Under the pieces are notes generated by a model. The model was not told the origin of the DNA and searched no databases. It saw nothing but the letters and a program-made list of their open reading frames with translations. Below, one piece after another: positions 28,803 through 41,949 of a DNA stretch of 64,000 bases. The stretch's first letter is position 1. Each line of letters begins with the position of its first letter. The translations under genes were made by a program, and so were the position numbers. This stretch comes from Roseibacillus sp. (lineage in GTDB: Bacteria > Verrucomicrobiota > Verrucomicrobiia > Verrucomicrobiales > Akkermansiaceae), in assembly GCA_051251855.1 (NCBI GenBank), contig JBPOGI010000004.1, positions 320,001 through 384,000 of the forward strand, given 5' to 3'.

Positions 28803-28985
28803 GTTGCAATCAGCTTTTCAGAGCAGACTATAGTTTCCAAAAATTCTGTGATCTAGTTGACCCTGATAGTTGACCGAAAGGCTGCACAATCGGCTGGAAT
28901 TTTACGGAACGAAATTACCAGTGGCACCGAGAATGCAGAATGCCTTCTCCGGCTCCTAGTGAAGGGGTCCTCTCCTCAAAACTGC

Positions 28986-29207
28986 TCACTTTTCCTCTTC
29001 AGATTCCTTCTTCTTGTCTCCATCCTTTAACGGCCATTGCATCGCAAAGTGAAAGAGAACCGGAGTCGCAATCGCCATCGAGAGAATCATAAAGACGAAG
29101 CCGATATTTGCTCCCATTGCCGCAAACAGCGCCCCGATACCCGCTAGGCCCACACAGCCGTAGAAAATCTGCTTCAAGAGGGGATCGTATTGTCCAGCCA
29201 TATCCAA
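28986..29207 (-). CDS. Small two-TM membrane protein
   Basis: Two hydrophobic segments and a charged tail; divergent from carB. Confidence 0.6.
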   Translation of the reverse strand: MDMAGQYDPLLKQIFYGCVGLAGIGALFAAMGANIGFVFMILSMAIATPVLFHFAMQWPLKDGDKKKESEEEK

Positions 29208-29328
29208 ACCTTAGCCCAAATTGAATTCTCCTCCAATCAACTCTACAGGTTGCCCCAAAAATATCCGACAACGCTTGACCACCCGCTCCCCAGTTGGCAG
29301 TACAACGAAGATTTAGCCAACAGCCTGC

Positions 29329-32523
<3,195 letters not shown>

Positions 32524-32647
32524 GCCTGCAGATTCGTCACTGGGACCACCGGTCCCTTGACCACCGTAGCATTGGCGAAGGACGTTCGACCGGCCCCACT
32601 GCCAAAACCAAGTCTAGCTAGCTCCAAATCAAACGGCCCGACCTTCC

Positions 32648-33049
32648 TCACCAAGCTAGGTGGGATGACTCTTCAGCCAGAACCATTGCGGCGAGCTTCC
32701 GCTCACTCGTTTTTAGTTCTTTGTCCTCATTGAGAGACCATCCTCGAATGTTGGCGTGACGAGGTGGAGGCTCTTTTACTTCGAGGATTAGCTTTGCCTT
32801 CTTTACCGCTGACGCAAGAAACACCGCCGCACCGTTCTTTGAGCGCTCTCTCACATGCTCGACCGCCAGAGCTTTAATCTCCTCTGTCTCCAATCCTTCG
32901 ATTCGAAAAACCGAGGTGTCGTTATCAGGAGCTGGAGTGAAGGTATCGTGTCGAATCCGCCCACCTTTAGCATAGCGCGATTGCCTGACGAATCTAGCCA
33001 ACTTCTCGCGTCCAGCGACGGTTGCAGGCAAAGAAGATTCTAATGTCAT
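32648..33049 (-). CDS. Hypothetical protein, possible ADP-ribosyltransferase-like toxin fold
   Basis: 133 aa; EKLARFV..F.P....TSVFR..HANIRGW pattern; last gene of a tight three-gene unit. Confidence 0.6.
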   Translation of the reverse strand: MTLESSLPATVAGREKLARFVRQSRYAKGGRIRHDTFTPAPDNDTSVFRIEGLETEEIKALAVEHVRERSKNGAAVFLASAVKKAKLILEVKEPPPRHANIRGWSLNEDKELKTSERKLAAMVLAEESSHLAW

Positions 33050-33056
33050 CGAGCGA

Positions 33057-33572
33057 CTATCCTAAAATTTCACGTACTGCCGAAAGAACGACTTGCGGAA
33101 GCTCCTCACGACTAAATCGATAGGCTCCATTGGAAATATCCGTCCCCTTCAAAGCTGCAAAAGCGAGTCGATTAGTACCATTGATACTAACGGAAGCCAC
33201 GCGACGGTAGCCTCCATACCACTCCATCGAAATCGAAGCGTCATCTGCCGAGACTGCCAACTCTGGATCGGGAATATCTTCAGGAAGAGCCTGAATAAAC
33301 TGCTTTGCCCGCGCAACAGTCAAACCACCCAAGGGAGGAGCTTGCGAACCATCCCAACCGAATTCCTGATGCTGCTTTACCAATTCGGACAGGTCATCCA
33401 AGAGAGTTCTACGGTATCCACTGAGAGAAATCGCAGTCAAGGCATAATGGCGATATTCTCCTGCTTGCTGACGAACATATCGTCCTGAGGTAGAAACCGC
33501 ACTACCCGGGCCATCGAAACCGCCCAACAAAGCGGTGCCTGCTGTTGTTAAGATTGGAACGATTGTAGACAT
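33057..33572 (-). CDS. Hypothetical protein with WDG..A.P motif, TIGR04255-associated
   Basis: 171 aa; GWDGSQAPP..ARAKQFIQALP..PELAVSADDASISMEW; 25-bp overlap with the upstream gene. Confidence 0.7.
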   Translation of the reverse strand: MSTIVPILTTAGTALLGGFDGPGSAVSTSGRYVRQQAGEYRHYALTAISLSGYRRTLLDDLSELVKQHQEFGWDGSQAPPLGGLTVARAKQFIQALPEDIPDPELAVSADDASISMEWYGGYRRVASVSINGTNRLAFAALKGTDISNGAYRFSREELPQVVLSAVREILG

Positions 33573-34306
33573 TCTGAGGTAAGTGTAGTTCGGAAAACCC
33601 GATTTTTCAAGCTTCGGAGATTCTCCAAAATACCCATCAAATCATCCAAATCTTTCGGGGCCGAATCGAGAATTTGAAAACTCTCAATATCCAAAATAAT
33701 AGGGAGACCTTCTTCGTTACTTTGCTCAGAAGCAATTGTCAGTTGGGTCATAGCCTGAGTCTCCCTACAAACCATTCGCAACGTTTGGAAGACTCCCGCA
33801 AAGACCATTCCATAGTCCCCTAGAGTCTGGGGAGCATTCCTCAGGTAAGCGGGCAAATTTAGCGTCTTATTCTCATCAAAAGGAAGAACGATTCGATTGA
33901 TATTCCGAATGCTCAGTCGCTTCAAAATCGACGGCTCGGCAAGCTTACGATAGATATCCCAAAGACGCTCAATTTCTGGGAGGTAGTCTTCAAATCGCTC
34001 GTAAGGTTCAAGCCGATGAAATGAAAAACCCTCGGAGCTCAAGGTCGCGATTTCCAACTGATCCTCGCTCCTTACTTGGAACCCCTTAACAATTTTCTGC
34101 TTTGAAATTTGCTCTTCCTCTGGAGAAAAAGAGTGAAAATCAGCGACCTCTTCAACAGGGCGAACTTCGGGATAGCGCCCTTGGGCCTCTAATTTCTCGA
34201 AGCCTTCAGCATCAAGGTTCCAACCGGGCGGAAGCTCGCAATCGAAAGAGATAACTGCCTCGATAATCGGGGCATGAAAGCTCGTCTGTTCTGAATCCTG
34301 CTGCAT
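33548..34306 (-). CDS. TIGR04255 family protein
   Basis: APIIEAVI, FSFHRLEPYERFEDY, RLSIRNINRI, IILDIE, LRSLKNRVF..LT match the family pattern as I recall it. Confidence 0.82.
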   Translation of the reverse strand: MQQDSEQTSFHAPIIEAVISFDCELPPGWNLDAEGFEKLEAQGRYPEVRPVEEVADFHSFSPEEEQISKQKIVKGFQVRSEDQLEIATLSSEGFSFHRLEPYERFEDYLPEIERLWDIYRKLAEPSILKRLSIRNINRIVLPFDENKTLNLPAYLRNAPQTLGDYGMVFAGVFQTLRMVCRETQAMTQLTIASEQSNEEGLPIILDIESFQILDSAPKDLDDLMGILENLRSLKNRVFRTTLTSECLQSFQS

Positions 34307-34379
34307 CGCGTTGAAAAAAGACTATCGCCCAATTATCAGCCGTAAACCTCAATTCACCACAGTTTGCCTCGCCTACTCC

Positions 34380-34799
34380 CCCCTTCTCCCGCAAGCGAAA
34401 GAACTCCTTCGCCTCCGCTCCTGTCAACGAAAGCAACGCTTCCCCATTGACCAAGGTCGCGAGAGCGACATCCATCACCGACCAATCCGTGCCATCTAGA
34501 GTCGTGGAACCTTCAAGCTCCCAGCCTGTCGCGAGCGCTGGCCATTTCAGATGAAAGCCTTCCTCATCCTGAACAATCTCAACCTCAAGCTTCGTGAACG
34601 TTAAAAAACGAATCCCCTCCACAGCCACCTCGGCTCCGTTGGCGGTTCCTCCTAGCAGGCCAAAGAACATCTTCACCATCTGCCCGGACCATTGCGAAAT
34701 ACCGATCAAGTCCGTGCTACTCACCGATTCCGGCTCGGGAAAGCGGGCCTCGAGAGAAAAGACGGTCTCGTCCTCCACCGCACAAAAACTCAAGTTCAA
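34380..34799 (-). pseudogene. Orphan 3' fragment of a large secreted protein gene
   Basis: No signal peptide or good start; encodes ..LKWPALATGWELEGSTTL..W..KEFFRLR, the C-terminal domain type seen on other secreted proteins here, but with no stop after it. Confidence 0.55.
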
Positions 34800-34914
34800 C
34801 GGGCCAACAATTCGGAGAAGGCATCCACTCGGTGGGTCCGGTCACAGTGAAACGTTCACTCACCTCTAAAGACGACTTCCAAAAAATAGCACGGGGTGAG
34901 AGTCTTTGGAGCCG

Positions 34915-35805
34915 ATGCTATCTTCCCTTCCCACACTCACCAACCTTGGTCCCGAGAACCACCGTTTGCTCCATGGGCGGGGTGGGTGCTTTGAGGGATT
35001 AGAGCATGTAGCGATTGATTGGTTTGCTCCTGTGGTGTTGGTGACTTTCTATGTTGAGAAAGAAGGAAATCGTTCGCTCATCGAGAACTTGATTGGAGGA
35101 GCCAAAGCGAACTCTGAGATTGCAGCTATTGTGGTGCAGGAACGTCACCTTCCCAAAGGTCCAAAGAAAACGGTCTACGGCGAGCTCCCTGCTCAAGTCG
35201 TCGCTGCCGAGTCCGGACTCAACTTTCATCTCTCCCTCGATCGTAATCAGAACCACGGCTTCTTTCTCGACATGAAGCCGGGACGCGATTGGATTCGAGA
35301 TAGCGCGAAAGGAAAGCGGGTTTTAAATCTTTTTGCCTACACTTGTTCGCTCTCAGTAGCGGCTATCGCGGGGGGCGCCGAGGAGGTGATTAACCTCGAT
35401 ATGGCGAGCGGTGCGCTTGCCACCGGTCGCCGCAATCACCAACTCAACTTCGAGAACGAAGTCTGCCAGCGAGCGAGCTACCTCCCCCACGACCTCTTCA
35501 AGTCCTGGGGACGCCTCGTCCGTGGAGCACCCTACGACCTCATCGTCATCGACCCTCCCTCCAACCAGGGAAAGAGCTTTCGAGCCGAAACCCACTACCC
35601 CAAAATCCTGCGACGACTCCCCGAACTTCTCACCCGCGACTCCCAAATCCTCGCCTGCCTGAACGCGCCCCATCTCGACGAGTCGTTTCTGACAGAACTC
35701 TTCTCTGACTTCCAAAACCAAGGTCGCCTCCCCTGCGCCCCAGGCTTCCAAGACAAAAATCCTGCTGCGGCTCTCAAAAGCATGCTCTTCACTGAACCTG
35801 CCTAG
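34915..35805 (+). CDS. Class I SAM-dependent methyltransferase (RlmI/YccW-like, short form)
   Basis: NQNHGFFLDM, VLNLFAYTCSLSVAA, YDLIVIDPPS. Confidence 0.88.
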   Translation: MLSSLPTLTNLGPENHRLLHGRGGCFEGLEHVAIDWFAPVVLVTFYVEKEGNRSLIENLIGGAKANSEIAAIVVQERHLPKGPKKTVYGELPAQVVAAESGLNFHLSLDRNQNHGFFLDMKPGRDWIRDSAKGKRVLNLFAYTCSLSVAAIAGGAEEVINLDMASGALATGRRNHQLNFENEVCQRASYLPHDLFKSWGRLVRGAPYDLIVIDPPSNQGKSFRAETHYPKILRRLPELLTRDSQILACLNAPHLDESFLTELFSDFQNQGRLPCAPGFQDKNPAAALKSMLFTEPA

Positions 35806-35881
35806 TTCAAACCGCTCCTTAACTCTTTCTACGCAAACAAAGTTTCTTGGAAAAAGGTGGAAAACCTTCGATCCTGCTGAA

Positions 35882-35911
35882 GAAAAAAGGCCACCCCAAA
35901 ACGGATGACCT
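35882..35911 (-). terminator. Terminator of the PEP-CTERM gene 35936-36796
   Basis: Minus strand AGGTCATCC-GTTTTG-GGGTGGCCT followed by U-tract. Confidence 0.6.
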
Positions 35912-35935
35912 CTCAAAAAATATTTTCCAGATGCT

Positions 35936-36796
35936 TTAGCGTCGGCGTCCGAGCAGAACCGACAATCCTGCCAATCCGAGGAAGACTGCGGAAGTGGGCT
36001 CAGGGATCACCGTAGCCGTCGTTCCATTGAACGACAGGAAGGAGTTGTCTTCCGTATAAGAGACACCATTGTAAAAAATTTGATCCCCTTCATCTTCAAA
36101 TAAAGAGAGGCTGCTCAATTTCAGCTGCGCCCCCAGCTCAAGGTTGACCACAGCGTTATCGTTAAAAGGATTAGCCGCATTAGTATTACCAGTGATCTCA
36201 AGAATACTCGTGCTATCAATGCCAATAGCGTAGCTGGAATTGATTGACCCCACGACGACTGAACCGCCATTGATGACGTCTATCGAAACAGTTCTTGCCC
36301 CAGCTCCCGTAAAAGCTCGTCCAGCATTAATCGTTCCGCCATCAACGTTAATCACAGTAAAATTGCGAACGTCACCCGTTGTCCGGACCGTCCCGCCAGT
36401 ATCGACAGTGAGCACCTGATTAGCAGTGTTCCATCCGGTAATTATTGAACCATTATTTCCTGAAACAGGAGCGGTCATATTAAGAGTCTTTCCACCACCC
36501 ACACTGAGACTCGTTCCAGCGGCGAATTGAAAAGCTGACCCAGCATTATTTGGCGTCCCGCTACCTGAGTTGATCTCAATCAGGCCACCTGATACACCAA
36601 GTGCAATCTGGGTAGCCCCATTAACTTCATCCGTCTCGGGCACCGTGTTGTCATCTTCCAGCCAGTTGTTTTCGGCATAGAGCGAGACTCCGTTGCCGCC
36701 ACCCGTCCAAACAAGAGCGGCTTGAGCCGGAAGTATCGCTGTCGCTGAGGCAATGACTATGAGATTTTTAATTGTCATGGGAGATAAGGTTTTCAT
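35936..36796 (-). CDS. PEP-CTERM sorting domain protein
   Basis: Signal peptide; G/T/N-rich beta-helix-like body; IPEPTSAVFLGLAGLSVLLGRRR. Confidence 0.92.
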   Translation of the reverse strand: MKTLSPMTIKNLIVIASATAILPAQAALVWTGGGNGVSLYAENNWLEDDNTVPETDEVNGATQIALGVSGGLIEINSGSGTPNNAGSAFQFAAGTSLSVGGGKTLNMTAPVSGNNGSIITGWNTANQVLTVDTGGTVRTTGDVRNFTVINVDGGTINAGRAFTGAGARTVSIDVINGGSVVVGSINSSYAIGIDSTSILEITGNTNAANPFNDNAVVNLELGAQLKLSSLSLFEDEGDQIFYNGVSYTEDNSFLSFNGTTATVIPEPTSAVFLGLAGLSVLLGRRR

Positions 36797-37110
36797 TTCG
36801 TTGGAACGCTACTGCACTAAGATTTAAGAATAACGGGATGAGATTCCCAAAAGGTTAGACCCGAGGATGCAACGAGTCTTTACAGCCTTTCAATCTTTTT
36901 CTGGAGAACTATGAAAAAGTAAAACCAGGTCGCTAAATTCCACTTAAAAAGAAGATTCACTAATCACCAAAGACTCCAAAAGATACACCAAACCGAAGGA
37001 ATAAACTTGGAGTGACGCGCACAGTATCTTGTCTGAGGAATTGAACTCTCCCTATGATTTCTACCGGAATGAAGTGTCCTTGCTTGTCCTTTTCGATAGT
37101 TTGGCAACTT

Positions 37111-38841
37111 ATGTGGTTCAAACGGGAAACAAAGTTCTTGCTCGTCGCTCTTTCGGCCGTGTTGGTCGGACTCGACTCCCTTCGCGCCGAGGATCCAAAT
37201 CCCAACGTGTTGTTCATTTCCATGGATGACCTCAACGATTGGATTGGCTGCCTAGGCGGACACCCCCAGACCATCACCCCTCATCTTGATCGTCTCGCGG
37301 CAAGCGGAACTCTTTTCACCAATGCTCATTGCCCGGCACCAGCTTGCAACGCCTCACGAACCGCTATCTTTTCAGGACGTTCTCCCCACGTCACCGGAGT
37401 CTATAGTAACCGCCAAGTAATGCGGGACGTCATTCCTGACGCGACCCTGATTCCAAAGCATTTTTCCAATCACGGCTACTGGGCCACGGGCTCGGGAAAG
37501 ATGCTGCACTACATCATCGACGCTCAATCTTGGAATGACTACTTCCCGAAGAGGGAATCAGAATGGGCCCTCCCCGAAACCCTCTATCCAGACCCACGCC
37601 CTCTCTCACTGCCAGTAGCAGGGCCTTGGCAATACATCGAAACTGACTGGGGTCCTCTCGACGCCACCGACGAGGAATATGGTGGCGACTACATCGTCAG
37701 CCAATACGTAGGTGACTACCTGTCCCAGGAACACGAGCGGCCCTTCTTCCTCGCCTGCGGAATCTATCGCCCGCACGAGCCCTGGTTTGTGCCCGCGAAG
37801 TACTTCGAAAAGTTCCCTCTCGAATCCATTCAACTTCCACCCGGCTACAAGAAGAACGACCTCGACGACGTCCCCGCCGAGGGAAAGAAACTCGCTCACA
37901 ACCGCTACTTTCCTCACATTCAAGAACAAGGCCAATGGAAGCAAGCAGTCCAATCCTACCTCGCTTCTATTCACTTTGCCGATGCCATGCTCGGTCGAGT
38001 GTTGGACGCCTTGGAAAAAGGACCCAACAGCAAAGACACCATTGTCGTGCTCTGGTCAGACCATGGATGGCATTTGGGTGAGAAAGAGCATTGGCAAAAG
38101 TTTACTGCTTGGCGGATGTGCACTCGAGTCCCGCTCATGGTCAAGGTGCCCGCCGGGATTTCTAGTCAACTCCCCGAAGGTACCACCGCCGGCTCCCAAT
38201 GCCACCAACCAGTCAATCTGTTAGGTCTTTACCCCACTCTCATCGAACTTTGCGAACTGCCAAAAATGCCCGGTTGCGATGGAGCCAGCTTGCTCCCTCA
38301 ATTGAAAGACCCTGCTCTCACCTCGGACCCGGTAGTCACTTACCTCCAGGATGGCAAAAGCGTGGGAATCAGCGGAAAAGAATGGCGCTACATCCAATAT
38401 TCCGGAGGAGCCCAGGAACTCTACCATATCACCCAAGATCCCTACGAATGGAGCAACCTCGCTGACGACCCAGAGAGTGCCGAACAACTCGCCCGCCTCA
38501 AAGCGTTTGTTCCAAAAATCTTCGCCCCCAAACCAAGGGTCAAGGTGGCGGATTTACCTGCCCTCCAATTGAAAGTAACCACCGAAGAATCCAAGCCTCC
38601 ACCGTCGCAACCCGATGGAAGCCCCATGCGATTGGCAATCATCAACCACCGGAAAGAAGCGGTGCAATTCCACTGGGTCAATCGGAAGGGACAACCCATC
38701 CTCAAGGGCAAAGTGAAGGTCGGTGAGACAGTTGAAACCAAAGCCCGACCGGGATCCGTCTGGGCCGTCACTGGGTCGGACAACCAACTTCTAGGCTACT
38801 TCACAGTAGGCGACCGCATGGCCAAGTGCGAAATCAAATAG
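37111..38841 (+). CDS. Secreted sulfatase (iduronate-2-/choline-sulfatase-like) with C-terminal VHL-beta-like domain
   Basis: PNVLFISMDDLNDW, CNASRTAIFSG, GIYRPHEPW, WSDHGWHLGEK; ATG 37111 gives a signal peptide. Confidence 0.9.
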   Translation: MWFKRETKFLLVALSAVLVGLDSLRAEDPNPNVLFISMDDLNDWIGCLGGHPQTITPHLDRLAASGTLFTNAHCPAPACNASRTAIFSGRSPHVTGVYSNRQVMRDVIPDATLIPKHFSNHGYWATGSGKMLHYIIDAQSWNDYFPKRESEWALPETLYPDPRPLSLPVAGPWQYIETDWGPLDATDEEYGGDYIVSQYVGDYLSQEHERPFFLACGIYRPHEPWFVPAKYFEKFPLESIQLPPGYKKNDLDDVPAEGKKLAHNRYFPHIQEQGQWKQAVQSYLASIHFADAMLGRVLDALEKGPNSKDTIVVLWSDHGWHLGEKEHWQKFTAWRMCTRVPLMVKVPAGISSQLPEGTTAGSQCHQPVNLLGLYPTLIELCELPKMPGCDGASLLPQLKDPALTSDPVVTYLQDGKSVGISGKEWRYIQYSGGAQELYHITQDPYEWSNLADDPESAEQLARLKAFVPKIFAPKPRVKVADLPALQLKVTTEESKPPPSQPDGSPMRLAIINHRKEAVQFHWVNRKGQPILKGKVKVGETVETKARPGSVWAVTGSDNQLLGYFTVGDRMAKCEIK

Positions 38842-38871
38842 CTCAAATCCTCTGCGCATTCCCTCACCAAG

Positions 38872-41496
38872 CTACTCATTGGAAACAACCCTGACGCGGG
38901 CGAAACGACGGTCCACCAGAGGAAAACTGTCTCCCCCGATAACGATCTCCACCTCCTCCCAATGATCCCCGATGGACGTCACACGGTTCGGAGTAGCTGC
39001 CTGAAACTGCAAGTCGTCCTGGGCCACCTCTGGGAAATACTCGACACGAGGCGCGGCATCGGTGCGCCGAACGAAAACGTAACAAACCTCAAGATCGCCG
39101 GTCACCGGATCCGTCTTTGAAACAATCTGAGGTAACCCAAAGGGCTCCCCTTCGGTATCCAGAGTCACTCCAGAAACATAGCAAGGCGACTCGGCAACGG
39201 TCGGGTTGAGATTGAAAGCAAACTCAATCAAAACCGGAATCCCGTCACCATCGCCATCAGCATCACCCGCTCTCTCCGCAACAGAAAGACCATAGCTATC
39301 ACCGAAATCATCAAGAAGAGTATCGTCATTAACGATCGTCAGCTCGAGCTCGCTCTGAGCCAGAAGCAAACCCGATGGAGCAAAGAACTGAATGATAAAC
39401 GTCTCATCAGGTTCGATCACCGCGTCATCAACCAAGGTGAGCCAGAGCGTCTGCGAAGTCTCTCCTTGATTAAACACAACAAGTCCATCAACCCATGGAA
39501 CGAAGTCTTGGTTCGGACCCGCACTACCCGCCACAAGAGAGAAGCTAAACTGCTCCCCACCCTGAGCAGGCGCAGATAAACTCAGCTGAACGGGATATCC
39601 GATAAATCCTTCATTGATGGGAGACGCCGTTGCAGTAACGGTAAGAGGAGCTGGCGGGCCAGGAGTCGCAACAAAGACGCTGGCAGGAAGACCCGCAGAG
39701 TTCACTAAGTTGGCCATCGTAGGATCGGGGTTCCATGCATAACGAACCTCCGTTGGATTGGGCTTACTTGCAGCCGTTACAACTACTGTCTCGCCACTAA
39801 TCGTCGCGGAGGCATTGACCCAAGGACCAGACCCTTCGCGCAATTGAAATCCTCCTAGGGGAAGCGCATCCCGGGTCGAAAGACCCATTGAATAGTCAAA
39901 CTCAACCGTGACCGCACCTCCGGCAACAGTTGCGTTGCGATAGAGAGGACCCGAGGGCACAACGCTCGTCTGCCCATATTCATTCAGCAAAGGCCAGCGA
40001 ACAAATCGATCTGCAAAATTAGATTTGTTGGTGGGATGAATATCATTCGGATTTCCAATGTCGTTTCCGACCGTCATTCCCACCGAAGTCAAATTCTCCA
40101 GCGCAACCCGCTGCTCGTTCTGAACATTCACCCACAGGGGACGTTGAGAGGAGACGAAGTTCGCCAACTGCATGTAATAGAAAGGAAGCTCTTCCCCCCA
40201 AGCAGCACGCCAATCAGCGACGAGCGCTTCCATAAAATCGGCGTAGTTAGACGGACTGAAGAAAAAGCTATTGGCCTCTCCTTGATAGAACAAGATCCCG
40301 CGCACTCCATACCCAGCGAGGGGAGCGACCATTCCATTGTAAATTTGCCCAGCCAAACTCGGCTCGAAGCGTGGATCATCCCCAGGAGGCTGAGGCTCGG
40401 GCCCTTGCGGGTTAGCTAACCATGCCGCAAGCTCCGCCTCGTAGGCCGCGTATGCCGCGTAGTCCGCATTTTTGTCCGCGACGGCGTTAGATCCCTCAGG
40501 AAAGGTCAGAAGCTTTGTCTCACTAATGAAACCCTCGATACGCTGACCTCCCCAAGCGCACTCAATGATCGCAACTGGAACGCCCAACTCTGCACGCAAG
40601 CGTTTCGCGATGAAGTAGGGCAAAGCCGGCATGTCGGGCATGTCCCCCGGCACTGCCGATAGCCAATCACCCTCAATAGTATCAACCGGGTTCTCGCGAG
40701 CTTGTTCGGTAGGTAGATAAAGCCGCAGAAGCGGATCGTTCGCCGAAGCCACCTCGGCATCGTTTTCAGGAGAGGGCAGGAACGAGAAAGGAAACTCCAT
40801 GTTAGATTGACCGGCTCCCATCCAAACTTCCCCAACTAAAACACCTGTAATCGTCTCAATCTCTCCGTTGGAAGTAATGGTTAAGTCGCGCTCAACAGAG
40901 GAAGCCAACAAATTATCTAACACCACCTCGAAGCGACCATCGCTCGCCGAAACCGCGTTCCAAGTGCGCCCTGCGAAAGTCACCACTACGGGACAATTCG
41001 GACAAGCATACCCCCAAAATTTCGCCCCTTTTTCACGCTGTAGAACCATTCCATCAGAGAAGAAAGAAGGAAGCAAAGCCGCGCCGTCATCATCGAGAAT
41101 GGTGAGCGAATACGAAGAAGCCGCGAAGGTCAGGCCCGTCGGATTCGACAGCACCATCTGGAAAGTCTCATCCACCTCGGGAAAGGCATCGTCGGCTAAG
41201 GTGACGAACGTTGACTTGGTCGTCTCTCCTGCTGCGAATTCGATAACGGTCCCACTCGCAGAAGAGAAATCAGCCGTGGTGGCCGTTCCTTCAATTAAGT
41301 CAAAACTCAGGCTCTCCCCTCCGTCAGCTGCGGAAGAAAGTGAAAAGGTAACCTGCATCTCACTAAGACCTTCGTTAGTGGGTGCCGCCAGAACACTCAC
41401 AGTCGGAACAGCGGCGATCGTGGTTTGCGCCGAGAGGAGAGCCCCCAAGGTAACAGCGAGAGCTGGGGTGAAAGCAGGATAAACAAACCGTTTCAT
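38872..41496 (-). CDS. Secreted sialate O-acetylesterase (SASA) family protein flanked by two Calx-beta domains
   Basis: FSDGMVLQRE, GEVWMGAGQSNM, YQGEAN, DIHPTNK, VRYAW; F..GET..DD...E.DETF Calx-beta motifs on both sides. Confidence 0.9.
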   Translation of the reverse strand: MKRFVYPAFTPALAVTLGALLSAQTTIAAVPTVSVLAAPTNEGLSEMQVTFSLSSAADGGESLSFDLIEGTATTADFSSASGTVIEFAAGETTKSTFVTLADDAFPEVDETFQMVLSNPTGLTFAASSYSLTILDDDGAALLPSFFSDGMVLQREKGAKFWGYACPNCPVVVTFAGRTWNAVSASDGRFEVVLDNLLASSVERDLTITSNGEIETITGVLVGEVWMGAGQSNMEFPFSFLPSPENDAEVASANDPLLRLYLPTEQARENPVDTIEGDWLSAVPGDMPDMPALPYFIAKRLRAELGVPVAIIECAWGGQRIEGFISETKLLTFPEGSNAVADKNADYAAYAAYEAELAAWLANPQGPEPQPPGDDPRFEPSLAGQIYNGMVAPLAGYGVRGILFYQGEANSFFFSPSNYADFMEALVADWRAAWGEELPFYYMQLANFVSSQRPLWVNVQNEQRVALENLTSVGMTVGNDIGNPNDIHPTNKSNFADRFVRWPLLNEYGQTSVVPSGPLYRNATVAGGAVTVEFDYSMGLSTRDALPLGGFQLREGSGPWVNASATISGETVVVTAASKPNPTEVRYAWNPDPTMANLVNSAGLPASVFVATPGPPAPLTVTATASPINEGFIGYPVQLSLSAPAQGGEQFSFSLVAGSAGPNQDFVPWVDGLVVFNQGETSQTLWLTLVDDAVIEPDETFIIQFFAPSGLLLAQSELELTIVNDDTLLDDFGDSYGLSVAERAGDADGDGDGIPVLIEFAFNLNPTVAESPCYVSGVTLDTEGEPFGLPQIVSKTDPVTGDLEVCYVFVRRTDAAPRVEYFPEVAQDDLQFQAATPNRVTSIGDHWEEVEIVIGGDSFPLVDRRFARVRVVSNE

Positions 41497-41949
41497 GACT
41501 TCCTATTATCATGCTTTTATAAGGAAAACCCAGAAGTTTTTATAAAAAATAAGAAGAAGCTGATATGAAGCTGGTGAATACAGTCTTCTTATTTTGAAGA
41601 ACACTTACCCTTGTTGATTAAGATCCCCTAAGCTTCCAGCAAACCCACCCTTCTCCACTCGCTAAGCATCAACCCATAAGGAAAGTCCCCAGAGGAAGAA
41701 CTCTGCTAGAAACTTCGATCCTAGCCTTCAAATCCCTTCATTTTACTTTGGGGAAATTAGCATTTCATTTTACGAGAAATTTTTAGCCAGCCATAATATA
41801 AACTTATATTTAATCAACTGATAATTAGGGCGTTACGAAGTATTTCCGTTAGGTCATTCATCAACGTTGATAATTTTTACTGAATCCGATTGATAAATTT
41901 AAAAACTAAATCATCAAGGGTCCAAGTTTACGAAGCAACAAGGAGGTTC

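Noticed and set aside
28854..28875. Direct repeat TAGTTGACC x2
   Set aside because: Only 9 bp, two copies, between convergent genes; no supporting context
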